DNA of 64,000 nucleotides, from assembly GCA_965200095.1 (NCBI GenBank), contig OZ241350.1, positions 1,912,215 to 1,976,214 on the forward strand. Direction: 5' to 3'. A program made the position numbers and the translations under genes. The notes under the pieces are model-generated. The model was not told the DNA's origin. It did not search any database and saw only the letters and a list, made by a program, of their open reading frames with translations. The stretch is from Alphaproteobacteria bacterium. GTDB lineage: Bacteria; Pseudomonadota; Alphaproteobacteria; UBA7887. Shown here piece after piece: positions 1-9,115 of the stretch (position 1 is the stretch's first letter; the number at the start of each line of letters is the position of its first letter).

Positions 1-578
1 AAGAGCGCGAAATGGGCGCTGATGAACGGCGCGTTGTGGTAGAGCGGCCCGGGGTTGAGGACGCAGCCGTTCGCCGGCATGTCGAGGAACCACTCCGCGG
101 GGTCGATGGCGGCCGGACTCTCGTCGACGATGATCTTGGGGCGCCCCGTCGACCCGCCGCTCGACATCGCCTTCCAGTGGCGCGCGACCCGGACCGGCGG
201 CGGCGAGTCGTCGCAGCCGTCGCCGTCGAGCGCGGCGACGGGGACGCCGCCTTCTCCGACGACCATGCGCGGCCGCGCGAGGTCGAGGATCGCGCGCATC
301 TCGGCGGCCGGCGTGCGCGCCGAAACGACATGCGGGGTGGCGCCGAGTTTCCAGAGCGCGAAACAGGCGAGATGGAAGCCGAGGCCGTTGGGCAGTGCGA
401 GCGTGACGAAATCCCCCTCCCGGACGCCGCGGGCGGCGAGGGCGTGGGCGAGGCGGTTGGCGCGGCGCTCGAGGCCGCCCCAGGAAAGCGCGCCGTCGGG
501 GTAGATCAGGCAGGTTGCGTCGGCGCCCAGGGTTTCGGCGTATCGCGCCGGCGCGCAGGCCAGGGGAAGCAGAGACAT
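1..578 (-). CDS. AMP-dependent synthetase/ligase (acyl-CoA synthetase family), N-terminal part; 3' end lies beyond the window start
   Basis: Reverse-strand translation from ATG at ~578 reads MSLLPLACAPARYAETLGADATCLIYPDGALSW... and reaches the AMP-binding signature SSGGSTGRPK near position ~170. The ORF track does not list it because it has no stop codon inside the window. Confidence 0.6.
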   Translation of the reverse strand, partial: MSLLPLACAPARYAETLGADATCLIYPDGALSWGGLERRANRLAHALAARGVREGDFVTLALPNGLGFHLACFALWKLGATPHVVSARTPAAEMRAILDLARPRMVVGEGGVPVAALDGDGCDDSPPPVRVARHWKAMSSGGSTGRPKIIVDESPAAIDPAEWFLDMPANGCVLNPGPLYHNAPFISAHFAL

Positions 579-687
579 CCGGGAGTCCCTTCCGCGCTTC
601 TGTCGCTGCCGGCCCGCCGCGGGAGACTTGCGCAGGCGGCGCCCGTTCGCCGATAGTGCGCGGTTCCCGTAACACGAAAGGCGCGCG

Positions 688-1575
688 ATGTCCTCTTTGT
701 CTCCCCTGTCCCCGGCGTCTCCGGCCGCTCCGGGGTTTCCCGCGGTCGGGCCCGATCCCTCCGCCGTTCCCGAGTCGGTGCGGACCGAGGTCCTGTTCAC
801 GGTCGATACGGGCGAGACGCCCGTGGCGCTGGTGCGGCGGCCCGGCGCCGGGCCGGACGAGCGTTCGGGCCGGTTCGAGGCGCGCGAGATCGAGGTCCGC
901 GACGGGCGGCCCATTGCCGACCGGCTGGAGCTCGACCGGCACGGCTTCGTCCTTCGGGAAGCGGAAACGGCGGTCGGCGACTTCGCCGACGACGAGGAGG
1001 TGCGCCGCGTCTATTACCCCGAAACGACGGCGCTGGTCGCGCGCGAGACCGGGGCGTCGACGGTGCTGGCGTTCGACCACACGCGGCGCATCGACGATAC
1101 GGCGGCGCAGGAGCGGCTGGGGATCCGCGGCCCGGCGCAGTTGATGCACAACGACTTCACCGCGGCCTCCTGCGCGCGGCGGGTGCGCGACCTGCTGCCG
1201 GCGCGAGAGGCGGAACGGCGGCTCGAGGGGCGTTTCGGGTCGGTCAATGTGTGGCGTCCGCTGCGCGGGCCGGTGCGGACCTCGCCCCTGGCGATCTGCG
1301 AATACGACAGCATCTCCGACGGCGACCTGATCGCCGCCGAACGGCGTTACGAAGGGCGGACGGGCACGATCTACCACATGGCGTTCAACCCGGCGCAGCG
1401 CTGGTACTATTTCCCGCGCATGACGCCGGACGAGGCGGTGCTGCTGAAATGCTACGATTCGGCGCCCGATGCGGCGCGCTGGACCGGGCACGGCGCGTTC
1501 CCCGACCCCAATTCGCCTCCCGGCGCGGCGCCGCGCGAGAGCATCGAGGTGCGCACGCTGGTGTTCTGGGACTGA
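688..1575 (+). CDS. hypothetical protein (295 aa)
   Basis: Long ORF with a plausible ATG start and non-repetitive composition. No motif was recognised with confidence. Confidence 0.45.
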   Translation: MSSLSPLSPASPAAPGFPAVGPDPSAVPESVRTEVLFTVDTGETPVALVRRPGAGPDERSGRFEAREIEVRDGRPIADRLELDRHGFVLREAETAVGDFADDEEVRRVYYPETTALVARETGASTVLAFDHTRRIDDTAAQERLGIRGPAQLMHNDFTAASCARRVRDLLPAREAERRLEGRFGSVNVWRPLRGPVRTSPLAICEYDSISDGDLIAAERRYEGRTGTIYHMAFNPAQRWYYFPRMTPDEAVLLKCYDSAPDAARWTGHGAFPDPNSPPGAAPRESIEVRTLVFWD

Positions 1576-1621
1576 GGCCGCCCGCCTCGGCCGGCCCGCC
1601 GCGGCGCCGGGAGGACACGGG

Positions 1622-2431
1622 ATGCGGGCGGCGGCGGTTCCGGTCGCGCTTGCCGTTGTCCTGAGCGGGTTCTCGCCCGCGGAGGAGGGGCGCGCCCATG
1701 ATTTCCGGGTGCAGCCAGAGCGCTACATCGCGGCGCCGGGGGAGACCGTCGGCCTCCGCCTGTTCATCGGCGACGCCTTCGGCGGGCAGCCCTTCCTGCG
1801 GGATCCGAAGCACCTTGCGGAGTTTTTCGTCGTCGGGCCGCGCGGGCGAATGGCGATTCCGGGGCGGCCCAACCGCCTCCGGGTCGGCGAGATCGGCCCG
1901 CTCGACTCCGGGGCGTGGGTCGTCGCCTACCGCAGCAATTTCACGCTGTCGACGATGGAGGCGGAGCGGTTCGACGCATGGCTGCGCAAGGAAGGCTTCG
2001 AGGAGGCGCGCCGGGTCCGCGCGGCGCGCGGCGAGTCGGCGGCGCCCGGACGCGAGGCCTATGCGCGGGCGGCGAAAGCCATCGTCGAAGCGGGAGGCGA
2101 CAGCGCGGGCTACGACGCGGTGCTCGGCCTGCCCCTCGAATTCGTGCCGGAACGCGCGCCGGCGGGGATGCGCCCGGGAGAGGTCTTTACGGTGCGCCTC
2201 CTGCTCGCGGGAGAAGCACTCGCCGACGCGCCGGTGACGGCGTTCGCGGCGGCGGCGCCGGATCGCCCGGTCCGTGCGCGCACCGACTCCGCAGGACGCG
2301 CCGGGTTGACGTTGTCTCATGCCGGCGCCTGGCTCGTGCGGGCGGTGCACATGGCGCCGGCGGCGCCCGGCCGCGACGCCGACTGGGAGAGTCTGTGGGC
2401 GTCGCTGACCTTTTCCGTGCCGGACGGGTGA
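1622..2431 (+). CDS. secreted DUF4198-like periplasmic protein
   Basis: Signal peptide MRAAAVPVALAVVLSGFSPA followed by AHDF at the mature N-terminus, typical of DUF4198. The start was trimmed from ORF 1469..2431 to the ATG at 1622. Confidence 0.5.
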   Translation: MRAAAVPVALAVVLSGFSPAEEGRAHDFRVQPERYIAAPGETVGLRLFIGDAFGGQPFLRDPKHLAEFFVVGPRGRMAIPGRPNRLRVGEIGPLDSGAWVVAYRSNFTLSTMEAERFDAWLRKEGFEEARRVRAARGESAAPGREAYARAAKAIVEAGGDSAGYDAVLGLPLEFVPERAPAGMRPGEVFTVRLLLAGEALADAPVTAFAAAAPDRPVRARTDSAGRAGLTLSHAGAWLVRAVHMAPAAPGRDADWESLWASLTFSVPDG

Positions 2432-2470
2432 GGCGGCGAGGGTTCGCGCGGCCCCCGCCGCGCGAAGGGG

Positions 2471-3160
2471 TCAGATAGGCAGTTCCATTCCCGTCTCGAC
2501 ATGGAGGTCGAAGACGCCTTGCGGCACGCCGTCGGCCGTCTCTTCGTCGAACGCCACGGTGAGCAGGGGGCGCAACTCTTCCGGCACCGAAGTGTACAGG
2601 TTGTCCTTCGCGTTGTATTCGTTGCCGGCGAAATACATCTGCGTGGTGATCGACGGCGAGGTCGCCGGATGGACCTTGAAGTGGATGTGCGGCGGACGGA
2701 TCCACCCGGGCGCGACCGGATAGGCGCCGGGGACGATGGTGCGGATGCGCCAGACGCCGTCGGCGGCGGTGTAGAGGCGGGCGTATCCCTCGAAATTGGG
2801 GTCGAGGGGCTCCGGGTTGGGGTCGCGCGGGTGAAGGTAGCGGCCTTTCGCATTGGCTTGCCAGACATCGATGATGGCGCCGCGCACCGGGTTGCACCGG
2901 CTGTTGAGCACGCGCCCGGCGACCTCGACCACCTCGCCCTCGGCGCGGTTGCGCCGGCCCGGCACGTGGGTCAGGTCCCAGTCGTAATCGTTGATGGCGA
3001 CGGGGAAGAAGGGGCCGTTGACCTGGTACGGGGTCGCTGTGCAGGTGGCGGCGCGCGCTGCTGCGCCGACCGCGAGCGCCCCGGCGCCGGCGGCGGCTCC
3101 GCCGAGCAGCGCCCGCCGCGACAGGCCCTTGCCGTGCTTGTTCATCGAGCTCTCCTCCAT
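2471..3160 (-). CDS. intradiol ring-cleavage dioxygenase (protocatechuate 3,4-dioxygenase beta-like) with Tat signal
   Basis: Twin-arginine motif SRRALLGG. Conserved dioxygenase segments GRVLNSRCNPVRGAIIDVWQANAKGRY and PPHIHFKV. Confidence 0.75.
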   Translation of the reverse strand: MEESSMNKHGKGLSRRALLGGAAAGAGALAVGAAARAATCTATPYQVNGPFFPVAINDYDWDLTHVPGRRNRAEGEVVEVAGRVLNSRCNPVRGAIIDVWQANAKGRYLHPRDPNPEPLDPNFEGYARLYTAADGVWRIRTIVPGAYPVAPGWIRPPHIHFKVHPATSPSITTQMYFAGNEYNAKDNLYTSVPEELRPLLTVAFDEETADGVPQGVFDLHVETGMELPI

Positions 3161-3561
3161 TACGGTTTCCGGGCGTCGGAGGCGGGCATGCTATGGGGCG
3201 AAAGGCGAGAGCGTCAACGCGCTTGCGCGCCGCCCGGCGCGGCGCTATCGTTGCCGTGTGGCAGCGACGGAGCATGCTCCCGGTTTCAACGCCCTCGCCT
3301 GTGCGCGCAAGCTCAAGACGGCCGATGCCGAAGCCGCGCGCACTATCCGCGACGGCCTGGCCACGAAAGCCCGCCTCGATGCGGGTTTCGACAGTTTCGA
3401 AACAGTCTCGACGCGCGTCTTGCCGCTCTCGCGAAACCCCGGCGCGCCGAACGGATATGGGAAATCCGGTTCGGGATAAGGTTCAATCGCGCTCGCGACT
3501 CCCGGGACAGGACCATGGACCGCAGCGGAACGCCGAACCCCCCGACGCCGGACGCTTGCGC

Positions 3562-6500
3562 ATGTTGACGGCGGAAGAACGGGACGGGCTGGTTTCCGAG
3601 CTCGCGTCGCGTCCCGGCCACGAGAAAGTCCGCGCCTTGCTGCACCGGCTTCTCGTTGGCGGCCTCGGCGCCGACAGCAGGGACATCGATTTCGAGAAAC
3701 CGGCGCCGGAAGTGCGCGGGCGCATCGATGCCCTGCTCGGCCGCACGGTGTTCGAGCTGAAGTCCGATCTGAGGCGCGAACGCCGGGACGCCGAAGACGG
3801 CTTGACGCGGTATCTCTCCGAACGCGAGGCCCGAACCGGCGAGAGCTGGGTCGGCATCGCCACGGACGGCGCGGAATTCGTCGTCTTTTCCCTTCGCGGG
3901 GGCCGCGTCGCGGAGATCGGAACGCATCGCGTGGACCCGGAGGCGACGCGGGCTTCGCTGGCCTGGCTGCAAGGCGCGGTCGCTCTCGGCGAAGAGATTT
4001 TGCCCGATCCGATCGCCGTCGAGCGCGAATTCGGACGCGGGAGCCTGGCCGCGAGGCGCGCCCTCGACGGTCTCGGCGATCTGTGGGGCTGTATCGGACA
4101 AACGCCCGAGGCGCGTCTGAAGCGCGAATTGTGGGGCACGCTGCTGGGCCTTGCCTACGGGGCGGAGGTCGGCGACGACGCCCTGTTCCTGCAACACACC
4201 TATCTCGCCATCGTCGCCAAGTCCGTGGCCGGTGCGGCGATGATCGGCGAGCCGCCCCGCGACGCAGCGGCGCTTCTCCACGGCGCTGCGTTTTCCAACC
4301 TCGGCGTCGGCGGCCAAAGCGAGCCCGACTTCTTCGATTGGGTCCTCGCCGCCGGGGACGGACGGGAACTCGTCATGCGGGTCGCGCGGCAGGTCAACCG
4401 GTTCCGCCTGCGCGATATCGAGGTCGACATCCTCAAGGCGCTTTACGAAAGCCTGATCGACCCCGAGACCCGTCACGATCTGGGCGAATACTATACGCCG
4501 GACTGGCTGGCCGCCCGCATGGTCGCGGCCGCCGTGGACGACCCGCTGACGCAGCGTGTCGTGGACCCGGCCTGCGGTTCGGGGACCTTCCTGTTTCACG
4601 CCATGCGGGCCGTTCTCGCCGCGGCCGGCGCTTCGGGGTTGTCGCCGGCGGCTGCGGCGCGGCTCGCGGCCCGGAACGTCGCCGGGATCGATATCCACCC
4701 GGTGGCCGTGATTTTCGCGCGCGTCACCTGTCTGCTCGCGCTCTTGCCGGCGCTGCGCACGGAACACCCGGGCGATATCGCCCTTCCGGTGTGGCTCGGC
4801 GACGCGCTGCAATGGAATCTGGTCCGAAACGGCGGGAACGGGGAACAGCCCGACCTCCTCGCCGGCGACGACGCGCTGGAAATTTTCGTTCCTGCGGTCT
4901 CGCCGAGCGAACCCGTCCCCCAGCGTCTTGACGCAACGACGCTCCGTTTCCCCGCCGCCGTCGCCTCCGAGACAGGACTTTTCGACCGCGTGCTGAACGC
5001 AATGATCGAGTCCGGGATCGAGTCCGGCGCGCGGTCGGAAATAACCTCCGACTTCGCCGCCTGGCTGGGCGCAAACACGACCGTAGCCGCCGACGACAGA
5101 AAAATTCTATGCGCAACCTGGGAGACGATGCGCCGTCTACAAGGAGAAAACCGCGACCACATCTGGGGCTATGTGGCCCGCAACCTTGCCCGGCCCGTAT
5201 GGCTGGCGTCCGAGGCGCAAAAGGCGGACATCGTGATCGGCAATCCGCCCTGGGTCTCGTTCCGTTACATGAGTCGGGATTTTCAGGAGCGCTTCCGCGA
5301 GGAGTGCCGGGCGGCGCAGCTCTGGGTCGGCGGCAAGGTCGCCACCCAGCAAGATCTTTCGGGATATTTCTACCTGCGCGCGACGGCGCTGTATCTGCGT
5401 CGGACGGGGAGGATCGCCCTGGTCATGCCCTATGCGGCGATGTCGCGCCAAGCCTATGCGAAGTTCCGCGAAGGGCCGGTCGCGCGCGCCGGCTGCGTCG
5501 AATCCCGTCTCCGCTTCACGGCGGCGTGGACGTTCGGGCCGGAAGTGTCGCCGCTTTTCCCGGTTCCGAGTTGCGTGCTGTTCGCCGCCCTTCACGACGG
5601 GCGGGAGCCGGCGCCGCTGCCGGCCCGGGTGACCGCCTTCGCGGGCGCGCTCCCGAAACGGGACGCCGACGCCCGGGAAGCGGACGCGAGTTTGATGGAA
5701 GAGGAGACGACGTGGCCGATGGAGGCGTCGGATCGCGGAGGATCCCCTTACCGGAAAAGCTTTCGGAACGGCGCTATTCTGGTTCCCCGGCGCCTGATAC
5801 TGGTGGAACCCGCGCCGTCGCCGGGGAGGCTTCCGCCCAGCCCTGCCTTTCCGCTGGTCCGGGGGAGGGCGGGCAACCTGGACAAGGCGCCCTGGAGGAC
5901 CATAGAGCCGCCGCGGGGCGCGGTAGAGGCGGCGTTCCTGCGCCCCGTGTTGCTCGGCGAATCCATCGCCCCGTTCCGCGTCCTGGCGCCACTGTGCGCG
6001 GTCATTCCGTGGGACGCCGAACGGGAAGAACTGCTGGACTCGGAACAGGCCGCCGGCCGGGGCTATCGGAGGCTCGCGCGCTGGCTCGAACGAACCGAGG
6101 AATTGTGGGAACAGAACAAGCGCAGCACCTTGACGCTTCTCGAACAATGCGACTATTACGGGAAGTTGTCCGGCCAATTCCCCATTGCCCCGATCCGCGT
6201 CGTGTACACGACGGCCGGGACCAATCTCGCGGCGGCGACGGTCCGGGACAAGACCGCGGTAGTCGATAACAGACTCTATTGGGCTGCCGCCGAAAGCCTT
6301 GACGAAGCCAATTATCTCTGCGGCCTTCTGAACAGCGCCGCCGTGCAGGCCGGCGCGGCGCGCTATCAATCTCAAGGTCAGTGGGGCGCACGGGATTTCC
6401 ACAAATACGTCTTCAACCTGCCGATCCCGCGCTACGACGCCGGCGACGCGCTGCATCGCCGGCTGGCGGACGCGGCTGCGACGGCGGCGGAGGTCGCGGA

Positions 6501-6627
6501 CCGGGTTCCCGAAAGGGAAGGCGAGTATTTCACCCGCACGCGCAAGCGCGTCCGCAACGCCCTCGCCGAGCACGGCGTCGCCGCCCGTCTGGAGAAATTG
6601 GCGGTCGAATTGCTTGACAGGGCATAA
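3562..6627 (+). CDS. Type IIG restriction-modification enzyme (MmeI-like; fused PD-(D/E)xK nuclease and N6-adenine DNA methyltransferase, ~1020 aa)
   Basis: N-terminal D...ELK nuclease-like motif (RIDALLGRTVFELKSDL). SAM-binding motif I DPACGSGTFLFHA and catalytic motif IV NPPW (IVIGNPPWVSF) in the central region. Long C-terminal region consistent with a target-recognition domain. Start set at the ATG at 3562; the ORF opens at 3193. Confidence 0.65.
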   Translation: MLTAEERDGLVSELASRPGHEKVRALLHRLLVGGLGADSRDIDFEKPAPEVRGRIDALLGRTVFELKSDLRRERRDAEDGLTRYLSEREARTGESWVGIATDGAEFVVFSLRGGRVAEIGTHRVDPEATRASLAWLQGAVALGEEILPDPIAVEREFGRGSLAARRALDGLGDLWGCIGQTPEARLKRELWGTLLGLAYGAEVGDDALFLQHTYLAIVAKSVAGAAMIGEPPRDAAALLHGAAFSNLGVGGQSEPDFFDWVLAAGDGRELVMRVARQVNRFRLRDIEVDILKALYESLIDPETRHDLGEYYTPDWLAARMVAAAVDDPLTQRVVDPACGSGTFLFHAMRAVLAAAGASGLSPAAAARLAARNVAGIDIHPVAVIFARVTCLLALLPALRTEHPGDIALPVWLGDALQWNLVRNGGNGEQPDLLAGDDALEIFVPAVSPSEPVPQRLDATTLRFPAAVASETGLFDRVLNAMIESGIESGARSEITSDFAAWLGANTTVAADDRKILCATWETMRRLQGENRDHIWGYVARNLARPVWLASEAQKADIVIGNPPWVSFRYMSRDFQERFREECRAAQLWVGGKVATQQDLSGYFYLRATALYLRRTGRIALVMPYAAMSRQAYAKFREGPVARAGCVESRLRFTAAWTFGPEVSPLFPVPSCVLFAALHDGREPAPLPARVTAFAGALPKRDADAREADASLMEEETTWPMEASDRGGSPYRKSFRNGAILVPRRLILVEPAPSPGRLPPSPAFPLVRGRAGNLDKAPWRTIEPPRGAVEAAFLRPVLLGESIAPFRVLAPLCAVIPWDAEREELLDSEQAAGRGYRRLARWLERTEELWEQNKRSTLTLLEQCDYYGKLSGQFPIAPIRVVYTTAGTNLAAATVRDKTAVVDNRLYWAAAESLDEANYLCGLLNSAAVQAGAARYQSQGQWGARDFHKYVFNLPIPRYDAGDALHRRLADAAATAAEVADRVPEREGEYFTRTRKRVRNALAEHGVAARLEKLAVELLDRA

Positions 6628-6699
6628 CGCTTGCAGACTGTGAACGCGCGCTCAACCCGGGACCGAACAACAGCAATCCGGGCGTTCCGCTCCTTGTCA

Positions 6700-6900
6700 G
6701 CGGCGCTCAACGGATGCGTCGAACGCAACAACGGCGCATGGCGATACGAATTCTACGCGACATGGGACATCCCCGACCACGACCTCGATCGAATCAACCG
6801 CCGGATCGACGCCTTCGCCGACGAGTTCAACGACTTCCGACCCCACAACGCCCTCCACGGACAAACACCGAACAGGCGCCTTCAATCCCTCACAGTAACC
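6700..6900 (+). pseudogene. transposase/integrase-core C-terminal remnant (rve-type; IS481/IS3-like)
   Basis: YEFYATWDIPDHDLDRINRRIDAFADEFNDFRPHNALHGQTPN matches the conserved C-terminal end of DDE integrase-core transposases. No upstream catalytic domain is present. Confidence 0.5.
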
Positions 6901-6999
6901 TCTGCGCAAGGCCCGGATTTTTTCGGGGTCCGGTCGCGCCCGGCGGTTGCCTGTTCGGCTCGACTTCCGGCGGCAGCGCGAGGCGCCTCGATTCGATCC

Positions 7000-8090
7000 G
7001 GCTTGTCGTTGTCCGGACATGTTCGTTCCGCGAAAGAGCGTGTGAAGAAATTGAAAGGCTCCACTAATCTTCGTCATTCCCGCGAAAGAACGTGTGAAGA
7101 AATCGGACGGCTATACAAATACTCGTCATTCCCGCGAAAGCGGGAATCCGTTGCGGCGTTTCCGTAATAAAAACGAGCCGATATAGCGGACGGCCGCCTC
7201 CGGATTCCCGCTTTCGCGGGAATGACGAAGTATTATTCGGTGGGTATTGTCTTTACAATGCCGGCGCTTCGGCGATCCGTACGTCACGATGAGAGACGCC
7301 CGATTTCTTCACACGCTCTTTCGCGGGAGTGGCGAAGTATTGTTCCATATGCGTCGTTATGATCTGTCGGTGAGTTCGGGAGCGTCGTAAAAACGCGGGA
7401 ACGCGATCCTGCGGCAAGCGAAACCGGTTATGCAGAGGTCTCACTTCGTCATTCCCGCGAAAGCGGGAATCCGGAGGCGGCCGTCCGCAATACCGGCCCG
7501 GTTTTCTTTGTGGAGACGACGCAACAGATTCCCGCTTTCGCGGGAATGACGAAGAGTAGTAGCGTCTCTCGATTTCTTCACGCACTCCAAAGCGGGAATC
7601 CGGAGCGGCCGCCCGAAAGACTAATCCGCTTTTTTCTTGCGGAAACACTGCGCCGGATTCCCGCTTTCGCGGGAATGACGAGTGTTTGTAACGCTATTCG
7701 ATTTCTTCACACGCTCTTTCGCGGGAATGGCAAGGTATTATTTGGGCGTTGCCGTCCTTCACTACGGTGATTCTTGAGTTATCCAGCCGTCGTAGTGAGA
7801 GACATCCGATTTCTTCACATGTTCGAAAGCGGGAATTACCGATGCAGGGGCCGGATTCTCGCAATTCCGTCACGCATTGTCGTGCGCCGACGGCGGGTTC
7901 GGAAACGCCGTAAAGCGCCGGGAACGCTATCCTGCCGCAGGCGAAACGGGTTATGCAAAGGTCTTGCACAGTCAACGAGACGCCCACAGATCGCCCCACG
8001 CCCCATATGTCGTGAAGCCGCGCGCCCGCTTGCCGGGACCGGGGACGGGCCATAGGGTGCCCCGCAGGGTCGAATCCGTGAGGGAAGGCG
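7000..8090. repeat. cluster of small interspersed palindromic repeats (REP/Correia-like) with core ATTCCCGCGAAAGCGGGAAT
   Basis: Ten or more copies, in both orientations, of the core palindrome and of a second module TCATTCCCGCGAAAGAGCGTGTGAAGAAATCG. There are no credible ORFs; translations such as SFPRKRESV and IPAFAGMT recur as repeat artefacts. Confidence 0.8.
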
Positions 8091-8123
8091 CGACGCGCGA
8101 TGCCGGCGGGCGGGAAGGGAACG

Positions 8124-8552
8124 ATGGCGCAGGCCGAATGCGCGGAGATGCTGCGCCGCGCCGGAATGCGGCGCACGCGCCAGCGTCTGGCGCTCGCGCG
8201 GCTGATCGCCGAGGGCGGCGACCGGCACCTGTCGGCGGAAGCGCTGCACCGCGAAGCGCAGCGCGCCGGATGCGCCGTGTCGGTGGCGACGGTCTACAAC
8301 ACCCTGCACCGTTTCGTCGATGCGGGGCTGTTGCGCGAGATCGCCGTCGCGCCCGGCTGCGTCCGCTTCGATACGAACACCGAGCATCACCATCATTTCT
8401 ACGACGAGGAAACCGGCGCGCTGAGCGATATCCCCGGCGATGCGGTGAGGCTGGAGAAACTGCCCGCGCCGCCGGCGGGGCGCCGGGTCGGGCGGGTCGA
8501 GGTGGTGGTGCGGCTGGTCGGTCGCGACGGGCGCGCGCCGTCTGAATTATAA
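8124..8552 (+). CDS. Fur family transcriptional regulator (PerR/Irr-like)
   Basis: TRQRLALARLIAEGGDRHLSAEALHREAQ...VSVATVYNTLHRFVDAGLL forms a Fur-type winged helix. An HHHH metal-site region follows. Lies upstream of rubrerythrin. Confidence 0.7.
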   Translation: MAQAECAEMLRRAGMRRTRQRLALARLIAEGGDRHLSAEALHREAQRAGCAVSVATVYNTLHRFVDAGLLREIAVAPGCVRFDTNTEHHHHFYDEETGALSDIPGDAVRLEKLPAPPAGRRVGRVEVVVRLVGRDGRAPSEL

Positions 8553-8631
8553 TCGTTCCAAACTATTGACAGGCGGCGGCGGCGCGTCCATATGGGAGGT
8601 CCACCCTGACCGGAACCGGAGGAGGAAACCG

Positions 8632-9048
8632 ATGCCATTGGGCGGCAGCAAGACGGAAGACAACCTGAAGGCGGCGTTCGCGGGGGAGAGCCAGGCGAAC
8701 CGGCGCTACCTGTATTTCGCGCAGAAGGCGGACGTGGAGGGCTACAACGACGTGGCGACCGTGTTCCGCTCCACGGCTGAGGGCGAGACGGGTCACGCCT
8801 TCGGACATCTCGAATATCTGAGCGAAACCGGCGACCCGGCGACCGGCGAGCCGATCGGCGGCACCGACAACAATCTCAAGGCGGCGATCGCCGGGGAGAC
8901 GCACGAATACACCGACATGTATCCCGGCATGGCGCGCACGGCCCGCGAGGAAGGGTTCGAGGAGATCGCGGACTGGTTCGAGACTCTCGCGAAAGCCGAG
9001 AAGTCTCACGCCGGGCGGTTCCGGAGGGCGCTCGACACGCTCGACTAG
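8632..9048 (+). CDS. rbr: rubrerythrin family protein (ferritin-like diiron domain only)
   Basis: [24 protein letters not shown] and a second EXXH-type half ([13 protein letters not shown]). The RBS GGAGGA lies 7 nt upstream of the ATG. Confidence 0.8.
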   Translation: MPLGGSKTEDNLKAAFAGESQANRRYLYFAQKADVEGYNDVATVFRSTAEGETGHAFGHLEYLSETGDPATGEPIGGTDNNLKAAIAGETHEYTDMYPGMARTAREEGFEEIADWFETLAKAEKSHAGRFRRALDTLD

Positions 9049-9115
9049 GGGCGACGCCGCGCGGCCGAGAAGCGGCCCCGCGGCAGCGCCTCGCCACGAT
9101 GCGCGAGGTTCGGTC

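Noticed and set aside
3343-4812. 489-aa minus-strand ORF (and 5137..6573 -, 478 aa) inside the Type IIG gene
   Set aside because: Antisense shadow ORFs typical of ~70% GC DNA. They are Arg/Pro/Gly-rich with no motifs and are fully contained in a gene with clear methyltransferase motifs.
6990-8090. Many 60-190-aa ORFs across the repeat cluster (for example 7253..7648, 7694..8176, 7836..8396)
   Set aside because: Their translations are dominated by recurring repeat-derived peptides (SFPRKRESV, IPAFAGMT, RFRGNDE) on both strands. This is the signature of non-coding repeats, not genes.
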